Translations under genes and position numbers: made by a program
In this document: piece after piece, positions 15,001-30,000 of the stretch
Layout: each line of letters opens with the position of its first letter
Numbering within the stretch: the stretch's first letter is position 1
Notes under the pieces: generated by a model
Told to the model about the DNA's origin: nothing
What the model saw: the letters and a program-made list of their open reading frames with translations, nothing else
The model's database searches: none
From: Eledone cirrhosa
Taxonomy: Eukaryota
Assembly (NCBI GenBank): GCA_964016885.1
Contig: OZ024748.1
Location: forward strand, 37,944,001-38,008,000
DNA: 64,000 nt
Reading direction: 5' to 3'

Positions 15001-18000
15001 GGAAAGTGTTGTGATTAAAAAGAATGACAAATATAAAGAATATTGCAAAGGAGGTAAGTGTTGTGATTAAATGGAAGGAAAAATATAAAGAATGTTGCGA
15101 AGGAGGTAATTGTTGCAATTAAAAAGAAAAGCAAATATAAAGAATGTTGCGAAGGAGGTAAGTGTTGTGATTAAAAAGAAGGAAAAATATCAAGAATGTT
15201 GCGAAGGAGGTAAGAGTTGTGATTAAAAAGAAGGAATATTATAAAAAATGTTACGAAGGAGATAAGAGTTGTGATTAAAAAGAAGGAAAAATATAAAGAA
15301 TTTGGCGAAGGAGGTAAGTGTTGTGATTAAAAGAAGGAAAAATATAAAGATTGTTACGAAGTAGGTAAGTGTTGTGATTAAAAAGAAGGAAAAATATAAG
15401 GAAATTTACGAAGGAAGTAAGAGTTGTGTTTAAAAAGAAGGAAAAATATAAAGATATTGCGAAAGAGGTAAGTGTTGTGATTAAAAAGAAGGAAAAATAT
15501 AAAGAATGTTGCAAAGGAGGTCAGAGTTGTGATTAAACAGAAGGAAAAATATAAAGAATGTTGCGAAGGAGGTAAGTGTTGTGATTAAAAAGAAGGAAAA
15601 ATATAAAGAATGTTACGAAGGAGGTAAGTGTTGTGATTAAAAAGAAGGAAAAATATAAAGAAATTTATGAAGGAGGTAAGAGTGGTGATTAAAAAGAAGG
15701 GAAAATATAAAGAATATTGCGAAGGAGGTAAGTGTTGTGTTTAAAAAGAAGGAAAAATATAAAGAAATTTACGAAGGAAGTAAGAGTGGTGATTAAAAAG
15801 AAGGAAAAATATAAAGAATATTGCAAAGTAGGTAAGTGTTGTGTTTAAAAAGAAGGAAAAATATAAAGAATGTTGCGAAGGTGGTAAGTGTTGTGATTAA
15901 AAAGAAGGAAAAATATAAAGAATGTTGTGAAGGAGGTAAGTGTTGTGATTAAAAAGAAGGAAAAATATAAAGAATGTTGCGAAGGAGGTAAGAGTTGTGA
16001 TTAAAAGAAGGAAAATATAATGAATGTTGCGAAGGAGCTAAGAGTTGTGATTAAAAAGAAGGAAAAATATACAGAAACTTACGAAGGAGGTAAGAGTTGT
16101 GATTAAACAGAAGGAAAAATATAAAGAATGTTGCGAAGGAGGAAAGAGTGTTGATTAAAAGAAAGAAAAATATAAAGTATGTTGCGAAGAAGGTAATTGT
16201 TGCAATTAAAAAGAAAAACAAATATAAAGAATGTTGCGAAGGAGGTAAGAGTTGTGATTAAAAGAAGGAAAATATAATGAATGTTGCGAAGGAGGTAAGA
16301 GTTGTGATTAAAAAGAAGGAAAAATATACAGAAACTTACGAAGGAGGTAAGTGTTGTGATTAAAAAGAATGACAAATATAAAGAATATTGCGAAGGAGGT
16401 AAGTGTTGTGATTAAATTGAAGGAAAAATATAAAGAATGTTGCGAAGGAGGTAATTGTTGCAATTAAAAAGAAAAACAAATATAAAGAATGTTGCGAACG
16501 AGGTAAGTGTTGTGATTAAAAAGAAGGAAAAATATAAAGAATCCTACGAAGGAGGTAAGAGTTGTGTTTAAAAAGAAGGAAAAATATAAAGAATGTTGCG
16601 AAGGAGGTAAGTGTTGTGATTAAAAAGAAGGAAATATATAAAGAATATTACGAAGGAAGTAAGAGTGGTGATTAAAAAGAAGGTAAAATATAAAGAATAT
16701 TGCGAAGGAGGTAAGAGTGGTGATTAAAAAGAAGTAAAAATATAAAGAATGTTGCGAAGGAAGTAAGTGTTGTGATTAAAAATAAGGAAAAATATAAAGA
16801 ATGCTGCGAAGGAGGAAAGAGTGGTGATTAAAATGAATGAACAATATAAAGAATGTTGCGAAAGAGGTAAGTGTTGTGATTAAAAAGAAGGAAAAATATC
16901 AAGAATGTTGCGAAGGAGGTAAGAGTTGTGATTAAAAAGAAGGAATATTATAAAAAATGTTACGAAGGAGATAAGAGTTGTGATTAAAAAGAAGGAAAAA
17001 TATAAAGAATTTTGCGAAGGAGGTAAGTGTTGTGATTAAAAAGAAGGAAAAATATAAAGATTGTTACGAAGTAGGTAAGTGTTGTGATTAAAAAGAAGGA
17101 AAAATATAAGGAAATTTACGAAGGAAGTAAGAGTTGTGTTTAAAAAGAAGGAAAAATACAAAGATATTGCGAAAGAGGTAAGTGTTGTGATTAAAAAGAA
17201 GGAAAAATATAAAGAATGTTGCAAAGGAGGTCAGAGTGTTGATTAAAAAGAAGGAAAAATATAAAGAATTTTGCGAAGGAGGAAAGTGTTGTGATTAAAA
17301 AGAAGGAAAAATATAAAGAATGTTGCGAAGGAGGTAAGAGTGGTGATAAAAAGAAGGAAAAATATAAAGAATGTTGCGAAGGAGGTAAGAGTGGTGATAA
17401 AAAGAAGGAAAAATATAAAGAATATTGCGAAGGGGGTAAGAGTTGTGATTAAAAAGAAAGAACATTATTTAGAATGTTGCGAAGGAGGTAAGTGTTGTGA
17501 TTAAAAAGAAGGAAAAATATAAAGAATGTTGCGAAGGAGGTAAGAGTTGTGATTAAAAAGAAGGAAAAATATAAAAAATGTTGCGAAGGAGGTAAGAGTT
17601 GTAATTAAAAAGAAGGAAAAAATATAAAGAATGTTGCGAAGGAGGTAAGTGTTGTGATTAAAAGGAACGGAAAATATGAAAATGTTGCGAATGAGGAAAG
17701 AGTGGTGATTAAAAAGCAAGAAAAATATAAAGAATTTTGCGAAGGAGGAATGTGTTGTGATTAAAAGAAGGACAACTATAAAGAATGTTGCGAAGGAGGT
17801 AAGTGTTGTGATTAAAAGGAAGGAAAAATATAAAGAATGTTGCGAAGGAGGTAATTGTTGCAATTAAAAATAAAGACAAATATAAAGAATGTTGCGAAAG
17901 AGGTAAGTGTTGTGATTAAAAAGAAGGAAAAATATCAAGAATGTTGCGAAGGAGGTAAGAGTTGTGATTAAAAAGAAGAGAAAATATAAAGAATGTTGCG

Positions 18001-21000
18001 AAAGAGGTAAGTGTTGTGATTAAAAAGAAGGAAAAATATTAAGATGTTGCGGAAGAGGTAATTGTTGTGATTAAAAAGAAGGAAAAACATAATAAATGTT
18101 GCGAAGGAGGTAAGAGTGTTGATTAAAAAGAAGGAAAAATATAAAGAATGTTACGAAGGAGGTAAGAGTTGTGATTAAAAAGAAGGAAAATTATAAAAAA
18201 TGTTACGAAGGAGGTAAGAGTTTTGATTAAAAAGAAGGAAAAATATAAAGAATTTTGCGAAGGAGGTAAGAGTTGTGTTTAAAAAGAAGGAAAAATATAA
18301 AGATATTGCGAAAGAGGTAAGTGTTGTGATTAAAAAGAAGGAAAAATATAAAGAATGTTACGAAGGAGGTAAGAGTTGTGATTAAATAGAAGGAAAAATA
18401 TAAAGATTGTTACGAAGGAGGTAAGTGTTGTGATTAAAAAGAAGGAAAAATATAAGGAAATTTACAAAGGAGGTAAGAGTTGTGTTTAAAAAGAAGGAAA
18501 AATATAAAGATATTGCGAAAGAGGTAAGTGTTGTGATTAAAAAGAAGGAAAAATATAAAGAATGTTGCAAAGGAGGTCAGAGTGTTGATTAAAAAGAAGG
18601 AAAAATATAAAGAATTTTGCGAAGGAGGAAAGTGTTGTGATTAAAAAGAAGGAAAAATATAAAGAATGTTGCGAAAGGGGTAAGAGTTGTGATTAAAAAG
18701 AAAGAACATTATTTAGAATGTTGCGAAGGAGGTAAGTGTTGTGATTAAAAAGAAGGAAAAATATAAAGAATGTTGCGAAGGAGGTAAGAGTTGTGATTAA
18801 AAAGAAGGAAAAATATAAAGAATGTTGCGAAGGAGGTAAGTGTTGTGATTAAAAGGAAGGGAAAATATGAAAATGTTGCGAAGGAGGAAAGAGTGGTGAT
18901 TAAAAAGAAAGAAAAATATAAAGAATGTTGCGAAGGAGGAAAGTGTTGTGATTAAAAAAGGACAAATATAAAGAATGTTGCGAAGGAGGTAAGTGTTGTG
19001 ATTAAAAGGAAGGAAAAATATAAAGAATGTTGCGAAGGAGGTAATTGTTGCAATTAAAAATAAAGACAAATATAAAGAATGTTGTGAAGGAGGAAACGGT
19101 TGTGATTAAAAAGTAGGACAAATATAAAGAATATTCCGAAGGAGGTAAGTGTTGTGATTAAAAAGAAGGAAAAATATAAAGAATCCTACGAAGGAGGTAA
19201 GAGTTGTGTTTAAAAAGAAGGGAAAATATAAAGAATGTTGCGAAAGAGGTAATTGTTGTGATTAAAAAGAAGGAAAAATATAAAGAATGTTCCGAAGAAG
19301 GTAAGAGTGTTGATTAAAAAGAAGGAAAAACATAAAGAATGTTGCGAAGGAGGTAAGTGTTGTGATTAAAAGAAGGAAAAATATAAAGAATGTTACGAAG
19401 GAGGTAAGAGTTGTGATTAAACAGAAGAAAAATATAAAGAATGTTGCGAAGGAGGTAAGTGTTGTCATTAAAAAGAAGGAAAAATATAAAGAATATTACG
19501 AAGGAGGTAAGTGTTGTGATTAAAAAGAAGGAAAAATATAAAGAAATTTACGAAGGAGGTAAGAGTGGTGATTAAAAAGAAGGGAAAATATAAAGAAATT
19601 TACGAAGGAGGTAAGTGTTGTGATTAAAAAGAAGGAAAAATATAAAGAATATTGCGAAGGAGGTAAGAGTTGTGTTTAAAAAGAAGGAAAAATATAAAGA
19701 TATTGCGAAAGAGGTAAGTGTTGTGATTAAAAAGAAGGAAAAATATAAAGAATGTTGCGAAGGAGGTAAGTGTTGTGATTAAAAGGAAGGGAAAATATGA
19801 AAATGTTGCGAATGAGGAAAGAGTGGTGATTAAAAAGAAAGAAAAATATAAAGAATGTTGCGAAGGAGGAAAGTGTTGTAATTAAAAGAAGGACTAATAT
19901 AAAGAATGTTGCGAAGGAGGTAAGTGTTGTGATTAAAAGGAAGGAAAAATATAAAGAATGTTGCGAAGGAGGTAATTGTTGCAATTAAAAGTAAAGACAA
20001 ATATAAAGAATGTTGTGAAGGAGGAAAGTGTTGTGATTAAAAAGAAGGACAAATATAAAGAATATTGCGAAGGAGGTAAGTGTTATGATTAAAAAGAAGG
20101 AAAAATATAAAGAATCCTACGAAGGAGGTAAGTGTTGTGATTAAAAATAACGAAAAATATAAAGAATGTTGCAAAGGAGGTAATAGTGGTGATTAAAAAG
20201 AATGAAAAATAGAAAGAATGTTGCGAAGGAGGTAGGTGTTGTGATTAAAAGGAAGGGAAAATATGAAGAATGTTGCGAAGGAGGTAAGAGTTGAGATTAA
20301 AAAGAAGGAAAAATATAAAGAATGTTGCGAAAGAGGTAAGTGTTGTGACTAAAAAGAAGTAAAAATATAAAGAATGTTGCGAAGGAGGTAAGGGTTGTGA
20401 TTAAAAAGAAGGTAATATATAAAGAATGTTGCGATGGAGGAAAGTGTTGTGATTAAAAAGAATGACAAATATAAAGAATATTGCAAAGGAGGTAAGTGTT
20501 GTGATTAAATGGAAGGAAAAATATAAAGAATGTTGCGAAGGAGGTAATTGTTGCAATTAAAAAGAAAAGCAAATATAAAGAATGTTGCGAAGGAGGTAAG
20601 TGTTGTGATTAAAAAGAAGGAAAAATATAAAGAATCCTACGAAGGAGGTAAGAGTTGTTTTTAAAAAGAAGGAAAAATATAAAGAATGTTGTGAAGGAGG
20701 TAACCGTTGTGATTAACAAGAAGGAAAAATATAAAGAATATTACGAAGGAAGTAAGTGTTGTGATTAAAAAGAAGGAAAAATATAAAGAATGTTGCAAAG
20801 GAGGTAAGTGTTGTGATTAAAATGAAGGAAAAATATAAAGAATATTACGAAGGAAGTAAGAGTGGTGATTAAAAAGAAGGTAAAATATAAAGAATATTGC
20901 GAAGGAGCTAAGTGTTGTGTTTAAAAAGAAGGAAAATATAAAGATGTTGCGAAAGAGGTAAGTGTTGTGATTAAAAAGAAGGAAAAACATAATAGATGTT

Positions 21001-24000
21001 TTGAAGGAGGTAAGAGAAGTGATTAAAAAGAAGGAAAAATATCAAGAATGTTGCGAAGAAGGTAAGAGTTGTGATTAAAAAGAAGAAAAAATATAAAGAA
21101 TGTTGCGAAAGAGGTAAGTGTTGTGATTAAAAAGAAGGAAAAATATAAAGATGTTGCGAAAGAGGTAATTGTTGTGATTAAAAAGAAGGAAAAATATAAT
21201 AAATGTTGCGAAGGAGGTAAGAGTATTTATTAAAAAGAAGGAAAAATATAAAGAATGTTACGAAGGAGGTAAGAGTTGTGATTAGAAAGAACGAAAAATA
21301 TAAAGAATGTTACGAAGGAGGTAAGAGTTGTGATTAAAAAGAAGGAAAAATATAAAGATTGTTACGAAGGAGGTAAGTGTTGTGTTTAAAAAAAGGAAAA
21401 ATATAAGGAAATTTACGAAGGAGGTAAGAGTGGTGATTAAAAAGAAGGAAAATTATAAAGAATATTGCGAAGGAGGTAAGTGTTGTGTTTAAAAAGAAGG
21501 AAAAATATAATGAAATTTACGAAGGAGGTAAGAGTGGTGATTAAAAAGAAGGAAAAATATAAAGAATGTTGCGAAGGAGGTAAGTGTTGTGAGTAAAAAG
21601 AAGGGAAAATATAAAGAATGTTGCGAATGAGGTAAGAGTTGTGATTAAAAAGAAGGAAAAATATAAAGAATGTTGCGAAGGAGGTAAGTGTTGTGATTAA
21701 AAGGAAGGGAAAATATGAAAATGTTGCGAAGGAGGAAAGAGTGGTGATTAAAAAGAAAGAAAAATATAAAGAATGTTGCGAAGGAGGAAAGTGTTGTGAT
21801 TAAAAAAGGACAAATATAAAGAATGTTGCGAAGGAGGTAAGTGTTGTGATTAAAAGGAAGGAAAAATATAAAGAATGTTGCGAAGGAGGTAATTGTTGCA
21901 ATTAAAAATAAAGACAAATATAAAGAATGTTGTGAAGGAGGAAACGGTTGTGATTAAAAAGTAGGACAAATATAAAGAATATTCCGAAGGAGGTAAGTGT
22001 TGTGATTAAAAAGAAGGAAAAATATAAAGAATCCTACGAAGGAGGTAAGAGTTGTGTTTAAAAAGAAGGGAAAATATAAAGAATGTTGCGAAAGTGGTAA
22101 TTGTTGTGATTAAAAAGAAGGAAAAATATAAAGAATGTTCCGAAGAAGGTAAGAGTGTTGATTAAAAAGAAGGAAAAACATAAAGAATGTTGTGAAGGAG
22201 GTAAGTGTTGTGATTAAAAGAAGGAAAAATATAAAGAATGTTACGAAGGAGGTAAGAGTTGTGATTAAACAGAAGAAAAATATAAAGAATGTTGCGAAGG
22301 AGGTAAGTGTTGTCATTAAAAAGAAGGAAAAATATAAAGAATATTACGAAGGAGGTAAGTGTTGTGATTAAAAAGAAGGAAAAATATAAAGAAATTTACG
22401 AAGGAGGTAAGAGTGGTGATTAAAAAGAAGGGAAAATATAAAGAAATTTACGAAGGAAGTAAGAGTGGTGATTAAAAAGAAGGAAAAATATAAAGAATAT
22501 TGCGAAGGAGGTAAGTGTTGTGTTTAAAAAGAAGGAAAAATATAAAGATGTTGCGAAATAGGTAAGTGTTGTGATTAAAAAGAAGGAAAAATATAAAGAA
22601 ATTTACGAAGGAGGTAAGTGTTGTGATTAAAAAGAAGGAAAAATATAAAGAATATTGCGAAGGAGGTAAGAGTTGTGTTTAAAAAGAAGGAAAAATATAA
22701 AGATATTGCGAAAGAGGTAAGTGTTGTGATTAAAAAGAAGGAAAAATATAAAGAATGTTGCAAAGGAGGTCAGAGTGTTGATTAAAAAGAAAGAACATTA
22801 TTTAGAATGTTGCGAAGGAGGTAAGTGTTGTGATTAAAAAGAAGGAAAAATATAAAGAATGTTGTGAAGGAGGTAAGAGTTGTGATTAAAAAGAAGGAAA
22901 AATATAAAGAATGTTGCGAAGGGGGTAAGAGTTGTGATTAAAAAGAAAGAACATTATTTAGAATGTTGCGAAGGAGGTAAGTGTTGTGATTAAAAAGAAG
23001 GAAAAATATAAAGAATGTTGTGAAAGAGGTAAGAGTTGTGATTAAAAAGAAGGAAAAATATAAAGAATGTTGCGAAGGAGGTAAGAGTTGTGATTAAAAA
23101 GAAGGAAAAATATAAAGAATGTTGCGAAGGAGGTAAGAGTTGTGATTAAAAAGAGGGAAAAATATAAAGAATGTTACGAAGGAGGTAAGTGTTGTGATTA
23201 AAAGGAAGGAAAAATATAAAGAATGTTGCGAAGGAGGTAATTGTTGCAATTAAAAATAAAGACAAATATAAAGAATGTTGTGAAGGAGGAAAGTGTTGTG
23301 ATTAAAAAGAAGGACAAATATAAAGAATATTGCGAAGGAGGTAAGTGTTATGATTAAAAAGAAGGAAAAAGATAAAGAATCCTACGAAGGAGGTAAGAGT
23401 GGTGATTAAAAAGAAGGAAAAATATAAAGAATGTTGCGAAGGAGGTAAGTGTTGTGATTAAAAATAACGAAAAATATAAAGAATGTTGCGAAGGAGGTAA
23501 TAGTGGTGATTAAAAAGAATGAAAAATAGAAAGAATGTTGCGAAGGAGGTAGGTGTTGTGATTAAAAGGAAGGGAAAATATGAAGAATGTTGCGAAGGAG
23601 GTAAGAGTTGTGATTAAAAAGAAGGAAAAATATAAAGAATGTTGCGAAAGAGGTAAGTGTTGTGACTAAAAAGAAGTAAAAATATAAATAATGTTGCGAA
23701 GGAGGTAAGGGTTGTGATTAAAAGGAAGGTAATATATAAAGAATGTTGCGATGGAGGAAAGTGTTGTGATTAAAAAGAATGACAAATATAAAGAATATTG
23801 CAAAGGAGGTAAGTGTTGTGATTAAATGGAAGGAAAAATATAAAGAATGTTGCGAAGGAGGTAATTGTTGCAATTAAAAAGAAAAACAAATATAAAGAAT
23901 GTTGCGAAGGAGGTAAGTGTTGTGATTAAAAAGAAGGAAAAATATAAAGAATCCTACGAAGGAGGTAAGAGTTGTGTTTAAAAAGAAGGAAAAATACAAA

Positions 24001-27000
24001 GAATGTTGCGAAGGAGGTAACCGTTGTGATTAAAAAGAAGGAAAAATATAAAGAATATTACGAAGGAGGTAAGTGTTGTGATTAAATAGAAGGAAAAATC
24101 TAAAGAATGTTGCAAAGGAGGTAAGTGTTGTGATTAAAATGAAGGAAAAATATAAAGAATATTACGAAGGAAGTAAGAGTGGTGATTAAAAAGAAGGTAA
24201 AATATAAAGAATATTGCGACGGAGCTAAGTGTTGTGTTTAAAAAGAAGGAAAATATAAAGATGTTGCGAAAGATGTAAGTGTTGTGATTAAAAAGAAGGA
24301 AAAACATAATAGATGTTTTGAAGGAGGTAAGAGTGGTGATTAAAAAGAAGGAAAAATATCAAGAATGTTGCGAAGAAGGTAAGAGTTGTGATTAAAAAGA
24401 AGAAAAAATATAAAGAATGTTGCGAAAGAGGTAAGTGTTGTGATTAAAAAGAAGGAAAAATATAAAGATGTTGCGAAAGAGGTAAATGTTGTGATTAAAA
24501 AGAAGGAAAAACATAATAAATGTTGCGAAGGAGGTAAGAGTATTGATTAAAAAGAAGGAAAAATATAAAGAATGTTACGAAGGAGGTAAGAGTTGTGATT
24601 AGAAAGAAGGAAAAATATAAAGATTGTTACGAAGGAGGTAAGTGTTGTGATTAAAAAGAAGGAAAAATATAAGGAAATTTACGAAGGAGGTAAGAGTGGT
24701 GATTAAAAAGAAGGAACATTATAAAGAATATTGCGAAGGAGGTAAGTGTTGTGTTTAAAAAGAAGGAAAAATATAAAGAAATTTACGAAGGAGGTAAGAG
24801 TGGTGATTAAAAAGAAGGAAAAATATAAAGAATGTTGCGAAGGAGGTAAGTGTTGTGATTAAAAAGAAGGAAAATTATTTAGAATGTTGCGAAGGAGGTA
24901 AGTGTTGTGATTAAAAAGAAGGAAAAACATAAAGAATGTTGCGAAGGAGGTAAGAGTTGTGATTAAAAAGAAGGAAAAATATAAAAAATGTTGCGAAGGA
25001 GGTAACTGTTGTGATTAAAAGGAAGGGAAAATATAAAGAATGTTGCGAAGGAGGTAAGAGGTGTGATTAAAAAGAAGGAAAAATATAAAGAATGTTGCGA
25101 AGGAGGTAAGTGTTGTGATTAAAAAGAAGGACAAATATAAAGAATATTGCGACGGAGGTAAGTGTTGTGATTAAAAAGAAGGAAACATATAAAGAATCCT
25201 ACGAAGGAGGTAAGAGTTGTGTTTAAAAAGAAGGAAAAATATAGAGAATGTTACGAAGGAGGTAATAGTTGTGATTAAGAAGAAGGAAACATATAAAGAA
25301 TGTTGCGAAGAAGGTAAGAGTTGTGATTAAAAAGAAGGAAAAATATAAAGAATGTTGCGAAGGAGGTAAGAGTTGTGATTAAAAAGAAGGAAAAATATAA
25401 AGAATGTTGCGAAGGAGGTAAGTGTTGGGATTAAAAAGAAGGCAAAATATAAAGAATGTTACGAAGGAGGTAAGTGTTGTGATTAAAAAGAAGGAAAAAT
25501 ATAAAGAAATTTACGAAGGAGGTAAGAGTGGTGATTAAAAAGAAGGGAAAATATAAAGAATATTGCGAAGGAGGTAAGAGTTGTGTTTAAAAAGAAGGAA
25601 AAATATAAAGAAATTTACGAAGGAAGTAAGAGTGGTGATTAAAAAGAAGGAAAAATATAAAGAATATTGCAAAGTAGGTAAGTGTTGTGTTTAAAAAGAA
25701 GGAAAAATATAAAGATGTTGCGAAAGAGGTAAGTGTTGTGATTAAAAAGAAGGAAAAATATAAAGAATGTTGCGAAGGAGGTAAGTGTTGTGATTAAAAA
25801 TAAGGAAAAATATAAAGAATGTTGCGAAGGAGGTAATAGTGGTGATTAAAAAGAATGAAAAATAGAAAGAATGTTGCGAAGGAGGTAGGTGTTGTGATTA
25901 AAAGGAAGGGAAAATATGAAGAATGTTGCGAAGGAGGTAAGAGTTGTGATTAAAAAGAAGGAAAAATATAAAGAATGTTGCGAAAGAGGTAAGTGTTGTG
26001 ACTAAAAAGAAGTAAAAATATAAATAATGTTGCGAAGGAGGTAAGGGTTGTGATTAAAAGGAAGGTAATATATAAAGAATGTTGCGATGGAGGAAAGTGT
26101 TGTGATTAAAAAGAATGACAAATATAAAGAATATTGCAAAGGAGGTAAGTGTTGTGATTAAATGGAAGGAAAAATATAAAGAATGTTGCGAAGGAGGTAA
26201 TTGTTGCAATTAAAAAGAAAAACAAATATAAAGAATGTTGCGAAGGAGGTAAGTGTTGTGATTAAAAAGAAGGAAAAATATAAAGAATCCTACGAAGGAG
26301 GTAAGAGTTGTGTTTAAAAAGAAGGAAAAATACAAAGAATGTTGCGAAGGAGGTAACCGTTGTGATTAAAAAGAAGGAAAAATATAAAGAATATTACGAA
26401 GGAGGTAAGTGTTGTGATTAAATAGAAGGAAAAATCTAAAGAATGTTGCAAAGGAGGTAAGTGTTGTGATTAAAATGAAGGAAAAATATAAAGAATATTA
26501 CGAAGGAAGTAAGAGTGGTGATTAAAAAGAAGGTAAAATATAAAGAATATTGCGACGGAGCTAAGTGTTGTGTTTAAAAAGAAGGAAAATATAAAGATGT
26601 TGCGAAAGATGTAAGTGTTGTGATTAAAAAGAAGGAAAAACATAATAGATGTTTTGAAGGAGGTAAGAGTGGTGATTAAAAAGAAGGAAAAATATCAAGA
26701 ATGTTGCGAAGAAGGTAAGAGTTGTGATTAAAAAGAAGAAAAAATATAAAGAATGTTGCGAAAGAGGTAAGTGTTGTGATTAAAAAGAAGGAAAAATATA
26801 AAGATGTTGCGAAAGAGGTAAATGTTGTGATTAAAAAGAAGGAAAAACATAATAAATGTTGCGAAAGAGGTAATAGTCGTGATTAAAAAGAAGGAAAAAT
26901 ATAAAGAATGTTGCGAAGGAGGTAAGTGTTGTGATTAAAAAGAAGTAAAAATATAAAGAATGTTGCGAAGGAGGTAAGGGTTGTGATTAAAAGGAAGGGA

Positions 27001-30000
27001 ATATATAAAGAATGTTGCGAAGGAGGAAAGAGTGTTGATTAAAAAGAAAGAAAAATATAAAGAATGTTGCGATGGAGGAAAGTGTTGTGATTAAAAAGAA
27101 TGACAAATATAAAGAATATTGCGAAGGAGGTAAGTGTTGTGATTAAATGGAAGGAAAAATATAAAGAATGTTGCGAAGGAGGTAATTGTTGCAATTAAAA
27201 AGAAAAACAAATATAAAGAATGTTGCGAAGGAGGTAAGTGTTGTGATTAAAAAGAAGGAAAAATATAAAGAATCCTACGAAGGAGGTAAGAGTTGTGTTT
27301 AAAAAGAAGGAAAAATATAAAGAATGTTGCGAAGGAAGTAAGTGTTGTGATTAAAAAGAAGGAAAAATATAAAGAATATTACGAAGGAGGTAAGTGTTGT
27401 GATTAAAAAGAAGGAAAAATATAAAGAATGTTGCAAAGGAGGTAAGTGTTGTGATTAAAATGAAGGAAAAATATAAAGAATATTACGAAGGAAGTAAGAG
27501 TGGTTATTAAAAAGAAGGTAAAATATAAAGAATATTGCGAAGGAGCTAGGTGTTGTGTTTAAGAAGAAGGAAAAATATAAATATGTTGCGAAAGAGGTAA
27601 GTGTTGTGATTAAAAAGAAGGAAAAACATAATAAATGTTTTGAAGGATGTAAGAGTGGTGATTAAAAAGAAGGAAAAATATCAAGAATGTTGCGAAGGAG
27701 GTAAGAGTTGTGATTAAAAAGAAGGAAAAATATAAAGAATGTTGCGAAGGAGGTAAGCGTTGTGATTAAAAAGAAGGACAAATATAAAGAATATTGCGAC
27801 GGAGGTAAGTGTTGTGATTAAAAAGAAGGAAACATATAAAGAATCCTACGAAGGAGGTAAGAGTTGTGTTTAAAAAGAAGGAAAAATATAGAGAATGTTA
27901 CGAAGGAGGTAATAGTTGTGATTAAGAAGAAGGAAACATATAAAGAATGTTGCGAAGAAGGTAAGAGTTGTGATTAAAAAGAAGGAAAAATATAAAGAAT
28001 GTTGCGAAGGAGGTAAGAGTTGTGATTAAAAAGAAGGAAAAATATAAAGAATGTTGCGAAGGAGGTAAGTGTTGGGATTAAAAAGAAGGCAAAATATAAA
28101 GAATGTTACGAAGGAGGTAAGTGTTGTGATTAAAAAGAAGGAAAAATATAAAGAAATTTACGAAGGAGGTAAGAGTGGTGATTAAAAAGAAGGGAAAATA
28201 TAAAGAATATTGCGAAGGAGGTAAGAGTTGTGTTTAAAAAGAAGGAAAAATATAAAGAAATTTACGAAGGAAGTAAGAGTGGTGATTAAAAAGAAGGAAA
28301 AATATAAAGAATATTGCAAAGTAGGTAAGTGTTGTGTTTAAAAAGAAGGAAAAATATAAAGATGTTGCGAAAGAGGTAAGTGTTGTGATTAAAAAGAAGG
28401 AAAAATATAAAGAATGTTGCGAAGGAGGTAAGTGTTGTGATTAAAAATAAGGAAAAATATAAAGAATGTTGCGAAGGAGGTAATAGTGGTGATTAAAAAG
28501 AATGAAAAATAGAAAGAATGTTGCGAAGGAGGTAGGTGTTGTGATTAAAAGGAAGGGAAAATATGAAGAATGTTGCGAAGGAGGTAAGAGTTGTGATTAA
28601 AAAGAAGGAAAAATATAAAGAATGTTGCGAAAGAGGTAAGTGTTGTGACTAAAAAGAAGTAAAAATATAAATAATGTTGCGAAGGAGGTAAGGGTTGTGA
28701 TTAAAAGGAAGGTAATATATAAAGAATGTTGCGATGGAGGAAAGTGTTGTGATTAAAAAGAATGACAAATATAAAGAATATTGCAAAGGAGGTAAGTGTT
28801 GTGATTAAATGGAAGGAAAAATATAAAGAATGTTGCGAAGGAGGTAATTGTTGCAATTAAAAAGAAAAACAAATATAAAGAATGTTGCGAAGGAGGTAAG
28901 TGTTGTGATTAAAAAGAAGGAAAAATATAAAGAATCCTACGAAGGAGGTAAGAGTTGTGTTTAAAAAGAAGGAAAAATACAAAGAATGTTGCGAAGGAGG
29001 TAACCGTTGTGATTAAAAAGAAGGAAAAATATAAAGAATATTACGAAGGAGGTAAGTGTTGTGATTAAATAGAAGGAAAAATCTAAAGAATGTTGCAAAG
29101 GAGGTAAGTGTTGTGATTAAAATGAAGGAAAAATATAAAGAATATTACGAAGGAAGTAAGAGTGGTGATTAAAAAGAAGGTAAAATATAAAGAATATTGC
29201 GACGGAGCTAAGTGTTGTGTTTAAAAAGAAGGAAAATATAAAGATGTTGCGAAAGATGTAAGTGTTGTGATTAAAAAGAAGGAAAAACATAATAGATGTT
29301 TTGAAGGAGGTAAGAGTGGTGATTAAAAAGAAGGAAAAATATCAAGAATGTTGCGAAGAAGGTAAGAGTTGTGATTAAAAAGAAGAAAAAATATAAAGAA
29401 TGTTGCGAAAGAGGTAAGTGTTGTGATTAAAAAGAAGGAAAAATATAAAGATGTTGCGAAAGAGGTAAATGTTGTGATTAAAAAGAAGGAAAAACATAAT
29501 AAATGTTGCGAAGGAGGTAAGAGTATTGATTAAAAAGAAGGAAAAATATAAAGAATGTTACGAAGGAGGTAAGAGTTGTGATTAGAAAGAAGGAAAAATA
29601 TAAAGATTGTTACGAAGGAGGTAAGTGTTGTGATTAAAAAGAAGGAAAAATATAAGGAAATTTACGAAGGAGGTAAGAGTGGTGATTAAAAAGAAGGAAC
29701 ATTATAAAGAATATTGCGAAGGAGGTAAGTGTTGTGTTTAAAAAGAAGGAAAAATATAAAGAAATTTACGAAGGAGGTAAGAGTGGTGATTAAAAAGAAG
29801 GAAAAATATAAAGAATGTTGCGAAGGAGGTAAGTGTTGTGATTAAAAAGAAGGAAAATTATTTAGAATGTTGCGAAGGAGGTAAGTGTTGTGATTAAAAA
29901 GAAGGAAAAACATAAAGAATGTTGCGAAGGAGGTAAGAGTTGTGATTAAAAAGAAGGAAAAATATAAAAAATGTTGCGAAGGAGGTAACTGTTGTGATTA